From a virus (taxonomy: Duplodnaviria > Caudoviricetes), in the IMG/VR virus record IMGVR_UViG_3300020577_006243, positions 14,971 through 78,970 of that record: a DNA stretch of 64,000 nucleotides; one strand, written 5' to 3'. Positions 1 to 10,954 of the stretch are shown here, piece by piece. The notes below the pieces were generated by a model. It saw nothing but the letters and a program-made list of their open reading frames with translations, was not told the DNA's origin and ran no database searches. The position numbers and the translations under genes were made by a program. Each line of letters starts with the position of its first letter. Position 1 is the first letter of the stretch.

Positions 1-3000
1 CACTTCAACATTTCTTGCAACTAATGATATTAACGCGGTACATTCCGGAGTTGCGTTACAAATAGAATTTAAAGAAGGTGGAGTTGAAGCGACAGGTACT
101 TTTGATATAGTAAATTCTTCACATAATGCAAATAGAGTTTATAGAGCACTTAATGCAACAAACTGGGCTACTGTTAATAGCAGTCAAAATCCAGGATACA
201 TGGCATGGACGACTAATAATCAAGCGGACAATCATCTTGTAGCAGTAAGTTCTCAGGATTATAAATTTGGAACTGGCGACTTTACTATAGATGCAATTGT
301 AAAAGGTTATAATAGTGTCTACGCTGGATCAAATTGGTTTTTAGAAAAATCAGAACCGGATGAAAGAAGACAAATTCGTAACACATATTCTACATCAACT
401 ATGAGAAATTCTCCTATTATATTAGGAGATAAATTATACATTGGGTTTACTGATGGCACATTAATTGAATTTGATGCAAATACATTAGCTCGCTTAAGAG
501 GTACAACACTTGCTGGTGGAACAAATGGTGTTCAGGGAATGGCATATGACGGCACATACATATGGATTGCAGATTATGATAATAATAGAGTTAGGAAAAT
601 AGACGTTGACGTTAATCATAATGCTGGTGTTATGACATCATCTGGTGATATCAGTTCTACAATTTCTAATCCATATGCTTTATTATATCTATCTGGTTTT
701 CTTTATGTAGTTAATTCGTCTGCGAATACTGTTTCTAGGGTTGATGTATTAAATAATACGGTAAGTGGCACAGCATCTGTCGGAACAACACCGATGGGTA
801 TTATATATGACGAAAATAATTTTATATGGGTGTCAAATTTTGGCACTAACACAGTGTCATATATAGATGTCACTAATTTCACAGCGTCTGGAACGGTTAC
901 TGTTGGTTCAGCACCTGCTGGTATGGAATATCATAGTGGATACATATATGTTTGTAACTATAACTCAAACACACTTTCAAAAATTGATATTGCAACAAAA
1001 ACAGTAGTGACCACTTTCAGTGAAAGTTACAACCCATTAACAAATCCATATTTTGTGTCAAAAACACCAGAGAATACTTTACTGATAACTGAATACGGAA
1101 GAAGTGCAATAAGAGTTTTTGATTTAGAAAAACAAGTTTTAAGTAGAGTTTTTAGTAACTACTCCACTAATCTATCTAGTTCTTTAATGCCTCCGTTAGT
1201 TGTAAGTGGCTCAGCAATATTAACAAATGCCGGTAACTCTACAATAGCAAAAATGCCTTATTCTACAATGTGGAATACATTTAGTTGGAGAAGATCGGAT
1301 ACTACTCGTCGTGCTGGTTTTGGTACTTATTTAAGTGGGAAGGTTTACATACCTGATACAGTAAATAACCAAGTAGTTGTTCTTAATACGAACACAGGAT
1401 TATTTGAAAATGAAATTAATCTTGGTGGTGGAAGTACTGGTTCTAGAACAGCAATTAATGTCAGTGGGTTCATATTTGTTGCAACAGATACAAGTATAGT
1501 AAAAATCAATCCTGCTACAAGTGGAATAGTTGGGTATTACTCTGGCGGCGTAAACCATAGAGGTCTTGTTTATGATAATAATGGTTATATTTGGACTAAT
1601 AATGTTACGAATAGTAGTTTACACAAAGTAGATGTAAATACATTAAGTGGAACTATTTATTCAAGTGTATTTTCAACATCTGCACATGCCACTGGCAGTA
1701 TGTGTATATTGAGTGGGTATTTGTTCACAATTGATGCTAATAACTATTTGTATCGTCTAAATTTGTCAGACCCAACAATAAACAATGCGAGACTTAATTC
1801 TTACTATACTGTTTCTTGTGATGATAATTATGTTTATGCAGTTAGGGTGTCAAGTGTAATAGAAAAATTTGATCCATTAATGGATGATTGGGTTAACGCA
1901 AGTTGTGTTGATAGGATTTCTCCTTGTCAAGATATTGGATACATTTTGACAAGAGATACAGTTAATAATACCGGATTTTGGTTGGGGACAAATCAAACAG
2001 ATAATAATACGTTAATGTATATTGATGGATACGCGCAATGGACATTTCCAATAAGTACTTATACTTCATTTAATATAGGTGGGGAAGGGACATATACTTA
2101 TGTCATTCCTGGAGATAGTAAACATTCTTATGCAGTAAACTGGGGACTTGGTTCAAGTGCAACAGGCATAAACATAATCAGATTAAAATCTGGTCCAAAA
2201 ACCGATTATGGAATGTTCTTACATTACGAGGATGTGTCAAGTCCGGTTAGGTATCTGATCGGCTACTATGGAGGCCCAGGAAAAGTATTACTAAATAATA
2301 ACACAATATTTAATCAAGATACAACGCTAAATAGACCTGATGGTGGCGATACCACAACTTATAATTACTTTACTAGAATTTCAAGAAAAAACAGTAAATT
2401 AGGTATGTGGCTATGGGGGCAATATGATAACACTAATCGTTTTTGGGGTAATTTTTTAAAATTACAGAATTTAATTGATGACACAAAAAATTATAATTCA
2501 AATTATGATATTTACATTGGTGGTAATCAACTTACTAATAATGCGACTGGTCCACATTCATTAATGAGATACCTTTCAATAACAAAAGGTAAGGCATTAT
2601 CATTTGGCCAGAGTGAATATGCAATTGAACCAAGAATAGTTATAAATTATTCCAATGCATTGAAAATCAATGGGAATGATACTACTATTATGATTAATGG
2701 CAAAGGTGATAGAAGTAAAAATATTGCAAGAGCATTGAATATATCAACTACTGCATCTCAGACTTATATAAATAAAACTCCTGGTCAAACGAATAGTTCT
2801 ATAAAAGGAAACAATGGCGACAATCAGTACGCACAGTTTGGCGTTGGTAATTTATTAAATTTCGGAACAAGTGATTTTACAATTCAAATGTGGTTCAAAA
2901 TATACTTTGAGAATACTGGGCATTTAATAGCGAATAGCGATAATGCTGGAACACTCGCATGGAAATTGAAGTATAATTATAGTGTTCCAAGTGGATATAA

Positions 3001-3661
3001 TAGATATAAAAATACTTTAGAGTGGTCTGGGCAATCATACACTTTAACAAGTGATGATCTGTATAATAGACTAAGACTTGGAAAATGGAACCACGTTGGT
3101 ATTTCTAGAAGTGGTACAGTTTTAAATGTTTATCTTAACGGAGAAAGAGTTATAACTGGGACAGATACAGATAACTACAATTCTGGATTGCCTTATTTAT
3201 TTGTAGGTAAAGACAGAGCGTCAAGTGGTACAGGTGTCGCTGCTTATTATGATGAAGTTAGAATTGATAGTGGCGTTGCGTTGTTTAGTGGTAGCGGACC
3301 TATAACTTATCAAACAAGAGGAGAAATAGAATTTTATCCAAAAAGAGTTGCAAATCAATCTAACGTGTCAATCCATTATCCGATAAGCGACACGTATCTA
3401 GCAATCAACGGCGAGAATTCAGCAACCGGTTTAAGAAGTAGAGCAAATGTTGGAAGGCACAGAGAGTTGAATTACAGTGGTATAGGCGATGACAGTACGA
3501 TAATCGCTATGGATGCTGGTGGTACATATGGTTTTAATACTCAGGGTCGTCCATTAAACCAAGGGAAGACAAATGAATTTTCAAATCCAGCGATTACTAT
3601 AAATAAGCCTAAAACTACTGGTGTAAAAATATACGAATGGGTAGGAAGGTATAAACCATGA
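1..3661 (+). CDS. Tail fibre/adhesin, 5'-truncated: YVTN/NHL-type beta-propeller repeats plus C-terminal LamG-like domain
   Basis: Frame of the ATG at 200 is open back to base 2, so the gene starts before the window. Repeats such as VGTTPMGIIYD, VGSAPAGMEY, NSNTLSKID; LamG-like segment FGTSDFTIQMWFK...GKWNHVGISRSGTVLNVYLNG...YYDEVRI. Confidence 0.75.
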   Translation, partial: TSTFLATNDINAVHSGVALQIEFKEGGVEATGTFDIVNSSHNANRVYRALNATNWATVNSSQNPGYMAWTTNNQADNHLVAVSSQDYKFGTGDFTIDAIVKGYNSVYAGSNWFLEKSEPDERRQIRNTYSTSTMRNSPIILGDKLYIGFTDGTLIEFDANTLARLRGTTLAGGTNGVQGMAYDGTYIWIADYDNNRVRKIDVDVNHNAGVMTSSGDISSTISNPYALLYLSGFLYVVNSSANTVSRVDVLNNTVSGTASVGTTPMGIIYDENNFIWVSNFGTNTVSYIDVTNFTASGTVTVGSAPAGMEYHSGYIYVCNYNSNTLSKIDIATKTVVTTFSESYNPLTNPYFVSKTPENTLLITEYGRSAIRVFDLEKQVLSRVFSNYSTNLSSSLMPPLVVSGSAILTNAGNSTIAKMPYSTMWNTFSWRRSDTTRRAGFGTYLSGKVYIPDTVNNQVVVLNTNTGLFENEINLGGGSTGSRTAINVSGFIFVATDTSIVKINPATSGIVGYYSGGVNHRGLVYDNNGYIWTNNVTNSSLHKVDVNTLSGTIYSSVFSTSAHATGSMCILSGYLFTIDANNYLYRLNLSDPTINNARLNSYYTVSCDDNYVYAVRVSSVIEKFDPLMDDWVNASCVDRISPCQDIGYILTRDTVNNTGFWLGTNQTDNNTLMYIDGYAQWTFPISTYTSFNIGGEGTYTYVIPGDSKHSYAVNWGLGSSATGINIIRLKSGPKTDYGMFLHYEDVSSPVRYLIGYYGGPGKVLLNNNTIFNQDTTLNRPDGGDTTTYNYFTRISRKNSKLGMWLWGQYDNTNRFWGNFLKLQNLIDDTKNYNSNYDIYIGGNQLTNNATGPHSLMRYLSITKGKALSFGQSEYAIEPRIVINYSNALKINGNDTTIMINGKGDRSKNIARALNISTTASQTYINKTPGQTNSSIKGNNGDNQYAQFGVGNLLNFGTSDFTIQMWFKIYFENTGHLIANSDNAGTLAWKLKYNYSVPSGYNRYKNTLEWSGQSYTLTSDDLYNRLRLGKWNHVGISRSGTVLNVYLNGERVITGTDTDNYNSGLPYLFVGKDRASSGTGVAAYYDEVRIDSGVALFSGSGPITYQTRGEIEFYPKRVANQSNVSIHYPISDTYLAINGENSATGLRSRANVGRHRELNYSGIGDDSTIIAMDAGGTYGFNTQGRPLNQGKTNEFSNPAITINKPKTTGVKIYEWVGRYKP

Positions 3662-4224
3662 GCGGCGAATTAATGATTTATATACACGATAATAATCTAA
3701 ATGTAATGAACATGTTACCAGCATCACTCGCTGGTAGTGTCAATATTGAGATAGACAGACAAAACTCTAATAATCCATCCGAGAAAAAATATTACATAGT
3801 TGCTACAGAATTTCCACCAGAAGGTAAAAAATTCGTTGATGGACAGTGGGTTGAAATGTCAATGCAAGAAAAAGTTGATGCTGGTATTTTTTCACTGTCA
3901 ACTTATAAACAAAATGCTGATTACAGAATAGAGACAGAGGCAAGAGCTTATATGGATAAAGTAACAACCCCTGCTGGAAAAAGAGTTTCAGTGTATGACT
4001 GTTTAATGGTTTTATTTACAATGCATTACAGTTCCGTTCCAGATAATGATCCTGATAAACAATTAAGAGCAAGTCAAGGTTTATTTGTATCACCTTCATT
4101 GATTTCAGGAATGATTGACAAAATAGCTCAGATAAACGCTGGAGTTTACTATGCAAAACAAGCTATAGCAAATTCTTCTGGGGTTATTCAGATAGATAAC
4201 ATAAAATTTGAGCATTACATTTAA
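3658..4224 (+). CDS. Putative tail fibre assembly/chaperone protein
   Basis: ATGA overlap with the fibre gene; PPEGKKFVDGQWVE motif typical of fibre assembly proteins; position. Confidence 0.5.
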   Translation: MSGELMIYIHDNNLNVMNMLPASLAGSVNIEIDRQNSNNPSEKKYYIVATEFPPEGKKFVDGQWVEMSMQEKVDAGIFSLSTYKQNADYRIETEARAYMDKVTTPAGKRVSVYDCLMVLFTMHYSSVPDNDPDKQLRASQGLFVSPSLISGMIDKIAQINAGVYYAKQAIANSSGVIQIDNIKFEHYI

Positions 4225-4232
4225 TCCTCTTT

Positions 4233-4240
4233 TAAGTTAA
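4233..4240 (+). promoter_or_regulatory. Putative late promoter TAAGTTAA
   Basis: Lies 7 nt before ATG 4248; same motif precedes several virion genes. Confidence 0.6.
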
Positions 4241-4247
4241 TAATACA

Positions 4248-5558
4248 ATGTCTAATGAAGTAAGAGGCGATCAACGAATAGATAGAAATCTAATCGTTGG
4301 TGGATTTTTTGAAATTGAAGAAGAGCAGATAGTTTCTGCCCCATCTTCTAACAGACTTCGTATTCATAAAAAAACGGGTGACGATAATTTATATCTGATA
4401 AGCAGTTCAGGTAGTGTTTTTCCATTAGTGTCAAATCTATCATCAACTAGTTCAAGTGGTATTTTACTTATATCTAAAGGCGGCACAGGACTTTCAACAA
4501 CGCCATCAAATGGGCAATTATTGATAGGTAACGGAACAGGGTATTCTTTAGCAACTTTAACTGAAGGAACTGGTGTCACAATTGTAAATAGTGCTGGGGC
4601 AATCACAATAAGTAGTACAGGCGGCGGTTCTGGGTCAGGTTCTGCTTATGTAGGTACACCAAAAAGAATTTCTGCTGTTGATTTTGGTAACACTTTTACT
4701 GTTATAGGCGACACGACTTCTGGGTCTGCGACAGTAAGTAATCTGACATCTACATCTCGTATATTACCTGGCATGACAATAAGCGGCACTGGGATAGTTT
4801 CTGGTACAACTATATCATCAATAACATCGTCTACTGCTATAGTGCTTAGTCAATCTGCAAGTAGCACAGCATCTTCAACTACATTTACTTTCAATGCGGC
4901 AGTTGACACTTCAATAAAACTTTATATAACGCCAACATCAACGTATAATCAAGCTAGTAGGCTTACCGTTTCAAATAGAAATGCGAATTCTGCTTATGTA
5001 TCAATAGGGCATGGTGGTACATCTGTTTCAAATTACATTGTGTATAATATGCTTACTTTACCAAATGAAACGAAGCAACTTACTTTACCAGGGTTACAAC
5101 CAGCAGATACTTTAGAAGTAATGTCTGATACAAGTGATGTAAATTTTATTTTTACTGGACTAGAAGGAACGACTTCAATACCACAAAAAAAATTAGCAAG
5201 TCTATACATAGACGGTTCTACATATTTAGTTAATACAAATTATGTGATGTATATATCATCTGGAGCAATTTCTACAAATCTTATAGTATGTAACGAATCA
5301 AGTTCTTCATCAAGTAATGTTAGAATTGCAATTATAAACGGAAATTCAGTTACAGTTGGAAGTGGAATTGTTGAAGGCAACAATTCATTTTATAAAAGTG
5401 ATTATATTATTTTTGATGATACACTATTACAAAACGAAACAAAGATATATGAAGGAGAGAATTCTCTTGTTGGATTCGTGGATATGTCTACGAATCAAAG
5501 TGTAGTTGTTAGGGCAAGTAGCGTTGGAACTAACTTCATTCTCTGGAGAGCACAATAA
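4248..5558 (+). CDS. Virion structural protein, tail fibre-like
   Basis: Ser/Thr/Gly-rich; ISKGGTG...NGQLLIGNGTGY motif seen in fibre proteins; internal duplication (LTVSNRN...YIVYNMLTLPNETK versus LIVCNES...YIIFDDTLLQNETK). Confidence 0.6.
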   Translation: MSNEVRGDQRIDRNLIVGGFFEIEEEQIVSAPSSNRLRIHKKTGDDNLYLISSSGSVFPLVSNLSSTSSSGILLISKGGTGLSTTPSNGQLLIGNGTGYSLATLTEGTGVTIVNSAGAITISSTGGGSGSGSAYVGTPKRISAVDFGNTFTVIGDTTSGSATVSNLTSTSRILPGMTISGTGIVSGTTISSITSSTAIVLSQSASSTASSTTFTFNAAVDTSIKLYITPTSTYNQASRLTVSNRNANSAYVSIGHGGTSVSNYIVYNMLTLPNETKQLTLPGLQPADTLEVMSDTSDVNFIFTGLEGTTSIPQKKLASLYIDGSTYLVNTNYVMYISSGAISTNLIVCNESSSSSSNVRIAIINGNSVTVGSGIVEGNNSFYKSDYIIFDDTLLQNETKIYEGENSLVGFVDMSTNQSVVVRASSVGTNFILWRAQ

Positions 5559-8272
5559 TGGGTATCACATCAAGTAAACAGGATATAAATTTAGCAAAGA
5601 AAAGTTACATCCATGCTTATATGGTTGGAACCCAAACAACCAATGTTGGCAATGGTGACCATATTAAATGGGATACATTAGGCACACAGTTCGGTAGTGA
5701 TGTAACCCTTGATTTAGCAACTACTTATACTTCGAGTGCTAACGTAGCATCAATAGGGAGATTTACCCTTAAGGCTGGAAAGACTTACAAATTATACACA
5801 AGCCTCAGACTCCGCGCTTCATCAAGCACAGCGATAGCAATTAAATGGTATGATGCTACAAATTCAAGTACAATAGGAAGAGGGCTTGGCTGGGACACTG
5901 TTCAGGAATCTTACGACTATAGTAGTGCCACTGCTCTTACTGCTTTTATCACACCAGTTGTTGATACATTTGTTGAAGTCAGGTTTGACGATGGTAATGT
6001 TGCAGATGTTGTTGCTGGCAGTCATGCTGTCATAGAAACTGTTGATTCTACAATCTCAATTTCTCCGACTTACGAATCTGCGATTGGCGATTGGACTTCT
6101 TATAGTTTAACAATCGGGTCAACCGGAACTGCTCCAGACGAAGGCGGTGGAACAAAATACAAAAGAGCAATGTGGCGTAGAGTTGGCGATTCTATGGAAA
6201 TTTTATTTGAATACAGACAGTCAACTGGAGGCTCTGCTGGTACTGGGACTTATCTATGGCCAATCCCACCAGGGTATCAAATTGATACAAGTAAAATCAC
6301 AACTTCATCCTCAACTGGTTTAACACACTTTGGTTTATGTGGACATGGATGGGTTAACGATAATGGTGGTGGAATGTATCCAGTTGCATCTGTAGCATAC
6401 GACACAACTAATATCAAACTTATTAGTACTGATTATAGTTATTCTGGTTATGAAATCGGTTCTACATTTGAGACATTTGCGAACACAGATTATCGTGTAT
6501 TTTTCTTGGCTAAGGTTCCAATTGTTGGCTGGAATAGAGATTTAGTATTTGCTGACTCAAGAGTTGAATATGGATCAAATACTTCGACAAATGACGGAGA
6601 TGATACAACTACGTTTTCTCTTGAAACCTATGGAGCAGTCATTCCTGCTGTAACTTCTCTTTATAAGAAGAGAGTACAGTTTGCTTATCCTATAACTCAA
6701 ACAGATGAAATCGAAATTCAGGCAGACTGGGATGGTCAAGGAATCTGGAATCTCTGGGAAGATCAAGGATACGATAACGTTGAAGGAAAGTTTGGTCCTA
6801 CCTGGGAGTATGTTTCAGGATCAAAGTATCAGATTGACGTGTGGATGCGTGGTAATCAGCATGCTAGATTTCAGAACTCTACTGCAAACTTCCGCTCTTA
6901 CACCCAGGAGAACTCTGCTGGATCACGCTGGAGAGTTAGAAAGACAGCAAATCCTCTCGCAGTTGAAACACCAGGAGTTGTCAGTGCAATAGGCGACTGG
7001 ACACAATATACTCCAACTTTCACAGGTTTGGGAACAGTTTCTGATGTTTATTTCTTCTGGAGACGAGTTGGCGACCTTCTTCAAATTCGTGGGTCTGTCG
7101 TGCCTGGAACGGTTACTGGTAGTGCGCCTACTTTTACATTGCCGCCAGGCTTAGCAATAGATACATCAAAAATTAAAAATGTAGCATTTAAAGAACACTT
7201 TGGTGCGTGGGGGCCGTTGACATCTGCAAGCTCAGCAATTGTTTCTAATATTATCTCTTGTACGTTCAATGGTGACCCAACTGTATTGCAATGGGTGTAT
7301 GCTTCAGCTTCAGATACATTAACTAACAGCCCAGGTTCAACGGTGTTCAACTCTTCAAGACCTATTGTTACACTTGGATTAGTAGAAGTTCCTATTGTAA
7401 ATTGGTCTTCCAATATAATAATACAAGATTCTAAAGTTGAGTATGTTTATAACTCATCAACATCTGATGGCAATGATGCCTCAGCTTACGCTACAGGTGC
7501 TTCTGGTGGTACTGTTCCATCCGTCACTTCAGATTATTATAAAGAAGTTCAATTGTCTAAAGTTTTTAATCACGTTAGATTGGAATTTAAAGAGTCGTCT
7601 GGTGACTGGATTGAAGTAGGAAGTTCTCCTTTCGCAAGACAAGAGCATTTTGGAACAACCAGATATGGTGCTCTATTAATACGTCAAAGTGATACACTAT
7701 ATCGTGTATATTTTTTAAGAGCAGGTTACGCAAGTGCTTCTAGTGGTGCCGCAGTTACATGGGCTACTGCCGCAAGCGCAGGTGTTAAATGGAGAGTTGT
7801 CGGTTCCGACAATCCCCTTTCTGTAGAATCGGCGGTAGTGACAGGCAGCAGTTATGCCATTCTGGATACATTATCCGGTGTATCAAACTGGGGTAGTACA
7901 AACACAAAAATACCTAGGTTTCAAAATGTTTCTGTTGTCGGTTCAGACCTTGTTACAACTCAGTCCGCCACCGATGGAGATAGCATTACAATTAGCACAA
8001 CAGGCGGTTACAGTGTAGAAGCATGTACTCAATATGATGGTGGCGCCGCAAACTATGACGTAATTGTTAAAAATGGGTCACAATTATCTACGGACCCAGC
8101 GGGTAACAACATAACCGGAACTTTAGTGCGATGTGTAGGTCCGGCTGGAGGTGCCAGTGTATTATCTCGAATTGTGCCATTAACTGCCGGTGACGTAATT
8201 CGTTTACAGGGCAGAGGTTCTAATGCAAACTATTCATCTGTTTGGTATTTTCAAATAACGAGGCTATGGTAA
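5558..8272 (+). CDS. Modular tail fibre/adhesin, architecture A-B-C-B'-C'-D
   Basis: Two copies of SAIGDWT...WRRVGD and of DS(R/K)VEY...WRV...NPL(A/S)VE; N- and C-terminal modules shared with 8277..9176. Confidence 0.65.
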   Translation: MGITSSKQDINLAKKSYIHAYMVGTQTTNVGNGDHIKWDTLGTQFGSDVTLDLATTYTSSANVASIGRFTLKAGKTYKLYTSLRLRASSSTAIAIKWYDATNSSTIGRGLGWDTVQESYDYSSATALTAFITPVVDTFVEVRFDDGNVADVVAGSHAVIETVDSTISISPTYESAIGDWTSYSLTIGSTGTAPDEGGGTKYKRAMWRRVGDSMEILFEYRQSTGGSAGTGTYLWPIPPGYQIDTSKITTSSSTGLTHFGLCGHGWVNDNGGGMYPVASVAYDTTNIKLISTDYSYSGYEIGSTFETFANTDYRVFFLAKVPIVGWNRDLVFADSRVEYGSNTSTNDGDDTTTFSLETYGAVIPAVTSLYKKRVQFAYPITQTDEIEIQADWDGQGIWNLWEDQGYDNVEGKFGPTWEYVSGSKYQIDVWMRGNQHARFQNSTANFRSYTQENSAGSRWRVRKTANPLAVETPGVVSAIGDWTQYTPTFTGLGTVSDVYFFWRRVGDLLQIRGSVVPGTVTGSAPTFTLPPGLAIDTSKIKNVAFKEHFGAWGPLTSASSAIVSNIISCTFNGDPTVLQWVYASASDTLTNSPGSTVFNSSRPIVTLGLVEVPIVNWSSNIIIQDSKVEYVYNSSTSDGNDASAYATGASGGTVPSVTSDYYKEVQLSKVFNHVRLEFKESSGDWIEVGSSPFARQEHFGTTRYGALLIRQSDTLYRVYFLRAGYASASSGAAVTWATAASAGVKWRVVGSDNPLSVESAVVTGSSYAILDTLSGVSNWGSTNTKIPRFQNVSVVGSDLVTTQSATDGDSITISTTGGYSVEACTQYDGGAANYDVIVKNGSQLSTDPAGNNITGTLVRCVGPAGGASVLSRIVPLTAGDVIRLQGRGSNANYSSVWYFQITRLW

Positions 8273-8276
8273 TAAC

Positions 8277-9176
8277 ATGATTACATCATCAACATCAAGA
8301 CAAGCATTAATTGCTACAAAGAGTCTGTTACTAGTAAAAATGTCAGCAAATCAGACAACTGGATTTTCAGATGGCGATCCTGTAAAATTTAATACAGTAG
8401 ATACATCAAACGGTTCAGATATCTCATTAAATACTTCAACATGGATATTCACATTAAAAGCAGGGAAAACATATAGTCTTGAGTCAGGTGTGAGAATTCA
8501 AGGTAGCGCCGCTATTTTTGGTTATCAGTGGTATAATATCACTAATTCTACATTTATTGGAACAATTGGGTTCAGTCAGACAGCAGATAGTTCTAACAAT
8601 TCAGAGCAACAGACAGCTAAAGCGTACATTACACCTTCCACAGACATCACAGTTAAATTATATATTATAGGGAGTTTGGTGTCTAATATCTCTGCTGTAG
8701 ATTACAGATTCTCTTACGCACAAATTGAAGCAGTTGAACAAGTAATACCAGTTGGGGTCGGGGTGTCAGCATCCAGAATACGAAGAAGAGGCGGCACGAC
8801 TCGCGGTTCATCTAATACAAATGTTATTATTTATGCGACCGCTGAAGAATTAAATGGCACTAGCTTAACATACTCAAACGACGCCACAAACGGCGATTCG
8901 TTTATTGTAAACACGTCTGGGGTATATGCAGTTTCACTCACAGCAGAATCTACAACAAATGATGGAACATTAATTATATGCGTAGGATCAACTATTGTGA
9001 ACAGTCCAGTTGGTACTTCTAGCTTGCGAACTTTTCTAGATGTTTCTGGTAATAGATGCTCTATTGCTTGGACTGGATATGTAGAAGCTGGTCAAAAAAT
9101 CTGGGCGGCTTTCAGTACCACTACATTAAACAGTAACTCATACGATAATCAAATATCAATCGCAGGACCATTATGA
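8277..9176 (+). CDS. Short paralogue of the preceding fibre (modules A and D only)
   Basis: FTLKAGKTY shared; C-terminal NDATNGDSFIVNTSGVYAV resembles QSATDGDSITISTTGGYSV. Confidence 0.6.
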   Translation: MITSSTSRQALIATKSLLLVKMSANQTTGFSDGDPVKFNTVDTSNGSDISLNTSTWIFTLKAGKTYSLESGVRIQGSAAIFGYQWYNITNSTFIGTIGFSQTADSSNNSEQQTAKAYITPSTDITVKLYIIGSLVSNISAVDYRFSYAQIEAVEQVIPVGVGVSASRIRRRGGTTRGSSNTNVIIYATAEELNGTSLTYSNDATNGDSFIVNTSGVYAVSLTAESTTNDGTLIICVGSTIVNSPVGTSSLRTFLDVSGNRCSIAWTGYVEAGQKIWAAFSTTTLNSNSYDNQISIAGPL

Positions 9177-9685
9177 AAAGAGAAGACAAATTATCAACAG
9201 CGATAAATTCAATTTACTCAGGAATGGCTATATGGTATGGCAATTCAATTGAAACTTTATATTGGGATGCTTCAAACTCAATGCCAAAACCAACTCAAGA
9301 ACAAATTGACACTGAGTGGGAAAGCATTTTATTATTTGATGAGAAAACACAGACAATACAAAAAGTAAAACAAAAATATTATGAAGTTATCACTTCGCCA
9401 TTTTTATGGACAGACGGCAATACTTACCAGTATGATGAAGAAGCAAGAATGAATATAGGCGATGCTATGACAGTAATTTCTGTAACAAGCCCAAGTGAAT
9501 GGAAGTGGTTTGATATAACTAATGTTCAAAGAATTTTTACAGTTAATGATTTTAAATCAATGGTTGCATCAATGTGGGATAGAGAACAAAGTGCTTACGA
9601 AACCATGCAATTGAAAAAATCAGGCATTCTAGAATTAACTACTATGAGTGGTGTTCTAGCTTATGACATTAATTCTGGCTGGTAA
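9173..9685 (+). CDS. DUF4376-like tail fibre assembly protein
   Basis: YQYDEEARMNI...WFDITN pattern; last gene of the fibre run; ATGA overlap. Confidence 0.5.
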   Translation: MKREDKLSTAINSIYSGMAIWYGNSIETLYWDASNSMPKPTQEQIDTEWESILLFDEKTQTIQKVKQKYYEVITSPFLWTDGNTYQYDEEARMNIGDAMTVISVTSPSEWKWFDITNVQRIFTVNDFKSMVASMWDREQSAYETMQLKKSGILELTTMSGVLAYDINSGW

Positions 9686-10120
9686 TCACAATAGAATTTC
9701 ATTTATTGAAAATTTTATATCATTGTTAAATTCGTGGTATATAACTCTCGTCATACCAGATTGTTTTATGAATGGCATACACGATTCGCAAGGCTTTGAT
9801 GAGATTGATAGATTTGGCTGTATTGAGTGAGATAGTGATACTACGCAAAGAGTGTAATTAGATATATCTTTGTCAAACATATTCACAAATTTGTTGATTG
9901 CGTCAACTTCTGCGTGTTTAGTAATGACAACATTTGTCTTAGTTTGTATTGTTGACGGATGTGATTTAGTATATGAATTTACACCATATACTAAAATTCT
10001 ATTTCCTTTTGAAATAGAGGCAACCACAACCCTTGAATTACTTTCAAAATAGTTTGACTTTAATCTTCTCGCTCTACTGAGCGTTCTGTTGAATATGTTT
10101 ACGTCTCTTGTCGTAATCAT
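9686..10120 (-). CDS. Cytidine/dCMP deaminase-family zinc protein
   Basis: HAE and PCESC zinc motifs (KHAEVDAI...SKPCESC). Confidence 0.75.
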   Translation of the reverse strand: MITTRDVNIFNRTLSRARRLKSNYFESNSRVVVASISKGNRILVYGVNSYTKSHPSTIQTKTNVVITKHAEVDAINKFVNMFDKDISNYTLCVVSLSHSIQPNLSISSKPCESCMPFIKQSGMTRVIYHEFNNDIKFSINEILL

Positions 10121-10467
10121 ACAAGTTCTTCTTTTTTAACTTCTATAGGATTTAGAAGAAGCGCATATCTTTCCAAATCCCTTTTTTCAAGTTCGTCAGT
10201 GAAATCAATTAAGAAATCGTCTAACGTATAACCAACGCTTGCTCCATATTCTTTATATCTGTTAGAAGAATATAAAATCACAAATCTCATAGTTCTAGTT
10301 TCGTCAGCAGAAATTGCATTAATCTGCTCCATCAATAACATTACATTGTCTTGATCCAGCATTTTAATGTTTATTACACAAGTATTTGAAAATGGGTTAA
10401 CTGCTACATTGTAGAGTTTATCATATCTTATACTTTCTAGTATTGCTTTTTTTGTTGTATCCATCAT
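10117..10467 (-). CDS. Hypothetical protein, paralogue of 10464..10946
   Basis: DQDNVMLLMEQIN...RFVILYSSNRYKEY resembles NENNVLDVIMKIN...RIIVARSNSEKYEEF; overlapping stop/start. Confidence 0.55.
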   Translation of the reverse strand: MMDTTKKAILESIRYDKLYNVAVNPFSNTCVINIKMLDQDNVMLLMEQINAISADETRTMRFVILYSSNRYKEYGASVGYTLDDFLIDFTDELEKRDLERYALLLNPIEVKKEELV

Positions 10468-10946
10468 ATGTTTAATGCCACCATGTATTTTAACAAGCCT
10501 TTTTGTTCAAGTTCCTCGTATAGCATTTTTACAAAATGCTCTGAACTCCTATTGTTATAATCGTCAACATCATTGTAATCTCTAATATAAAATTCCTCGT
10601 ATTTTTCAGAGTTAGAGCGAGCAACTATAATTCTTAAAAAATCAGTTTTATCAACATTCTTTTCATTTATCTTCATTATTACATCTAATACATTATTCTC
10701 GTTAACTCTATCTAAAATAATACCAATGCAAAATATGCGTTCGTCACCTTCAACAGTTACGCATTTCATCACTTTGCCTTCTTCTTTTAAATCATTTAAG
10801 ATATCCCAATAACTGATTGACGCATTTCCTTCATCAACATATTCCCAACCATAATTATCGTATAACATTTCATCAATATCGTATGGAATCGAATTACCAT
10901 TTTCATCCAAATTTTGCTCAATCTTGGCAATTTTACTATTATCCAT
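10464..10946 (-). CDS. Hypothetical acidic early protein
   Basis: ORF directly under a sigma70-type promoter; paralogous to the downstream gene. Confidence 0.6.
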   Translation of the reverse strand: MDNSKIAKIEQNLDENGNSIPYDIDEMLYDNYGWEYVDEGNASISYWDILNDLKEEGKVMKCVTVEGDERIFCIGIILDRVNENNVLDVIMKINEKNVDKTDFLRIIVARSNSEKYEEFYIRDYNDVDDYNNRSSEHFVKMLYEELEQKGLLKYMVALNI

Positions 10947-10954
10947 ACCACTAT

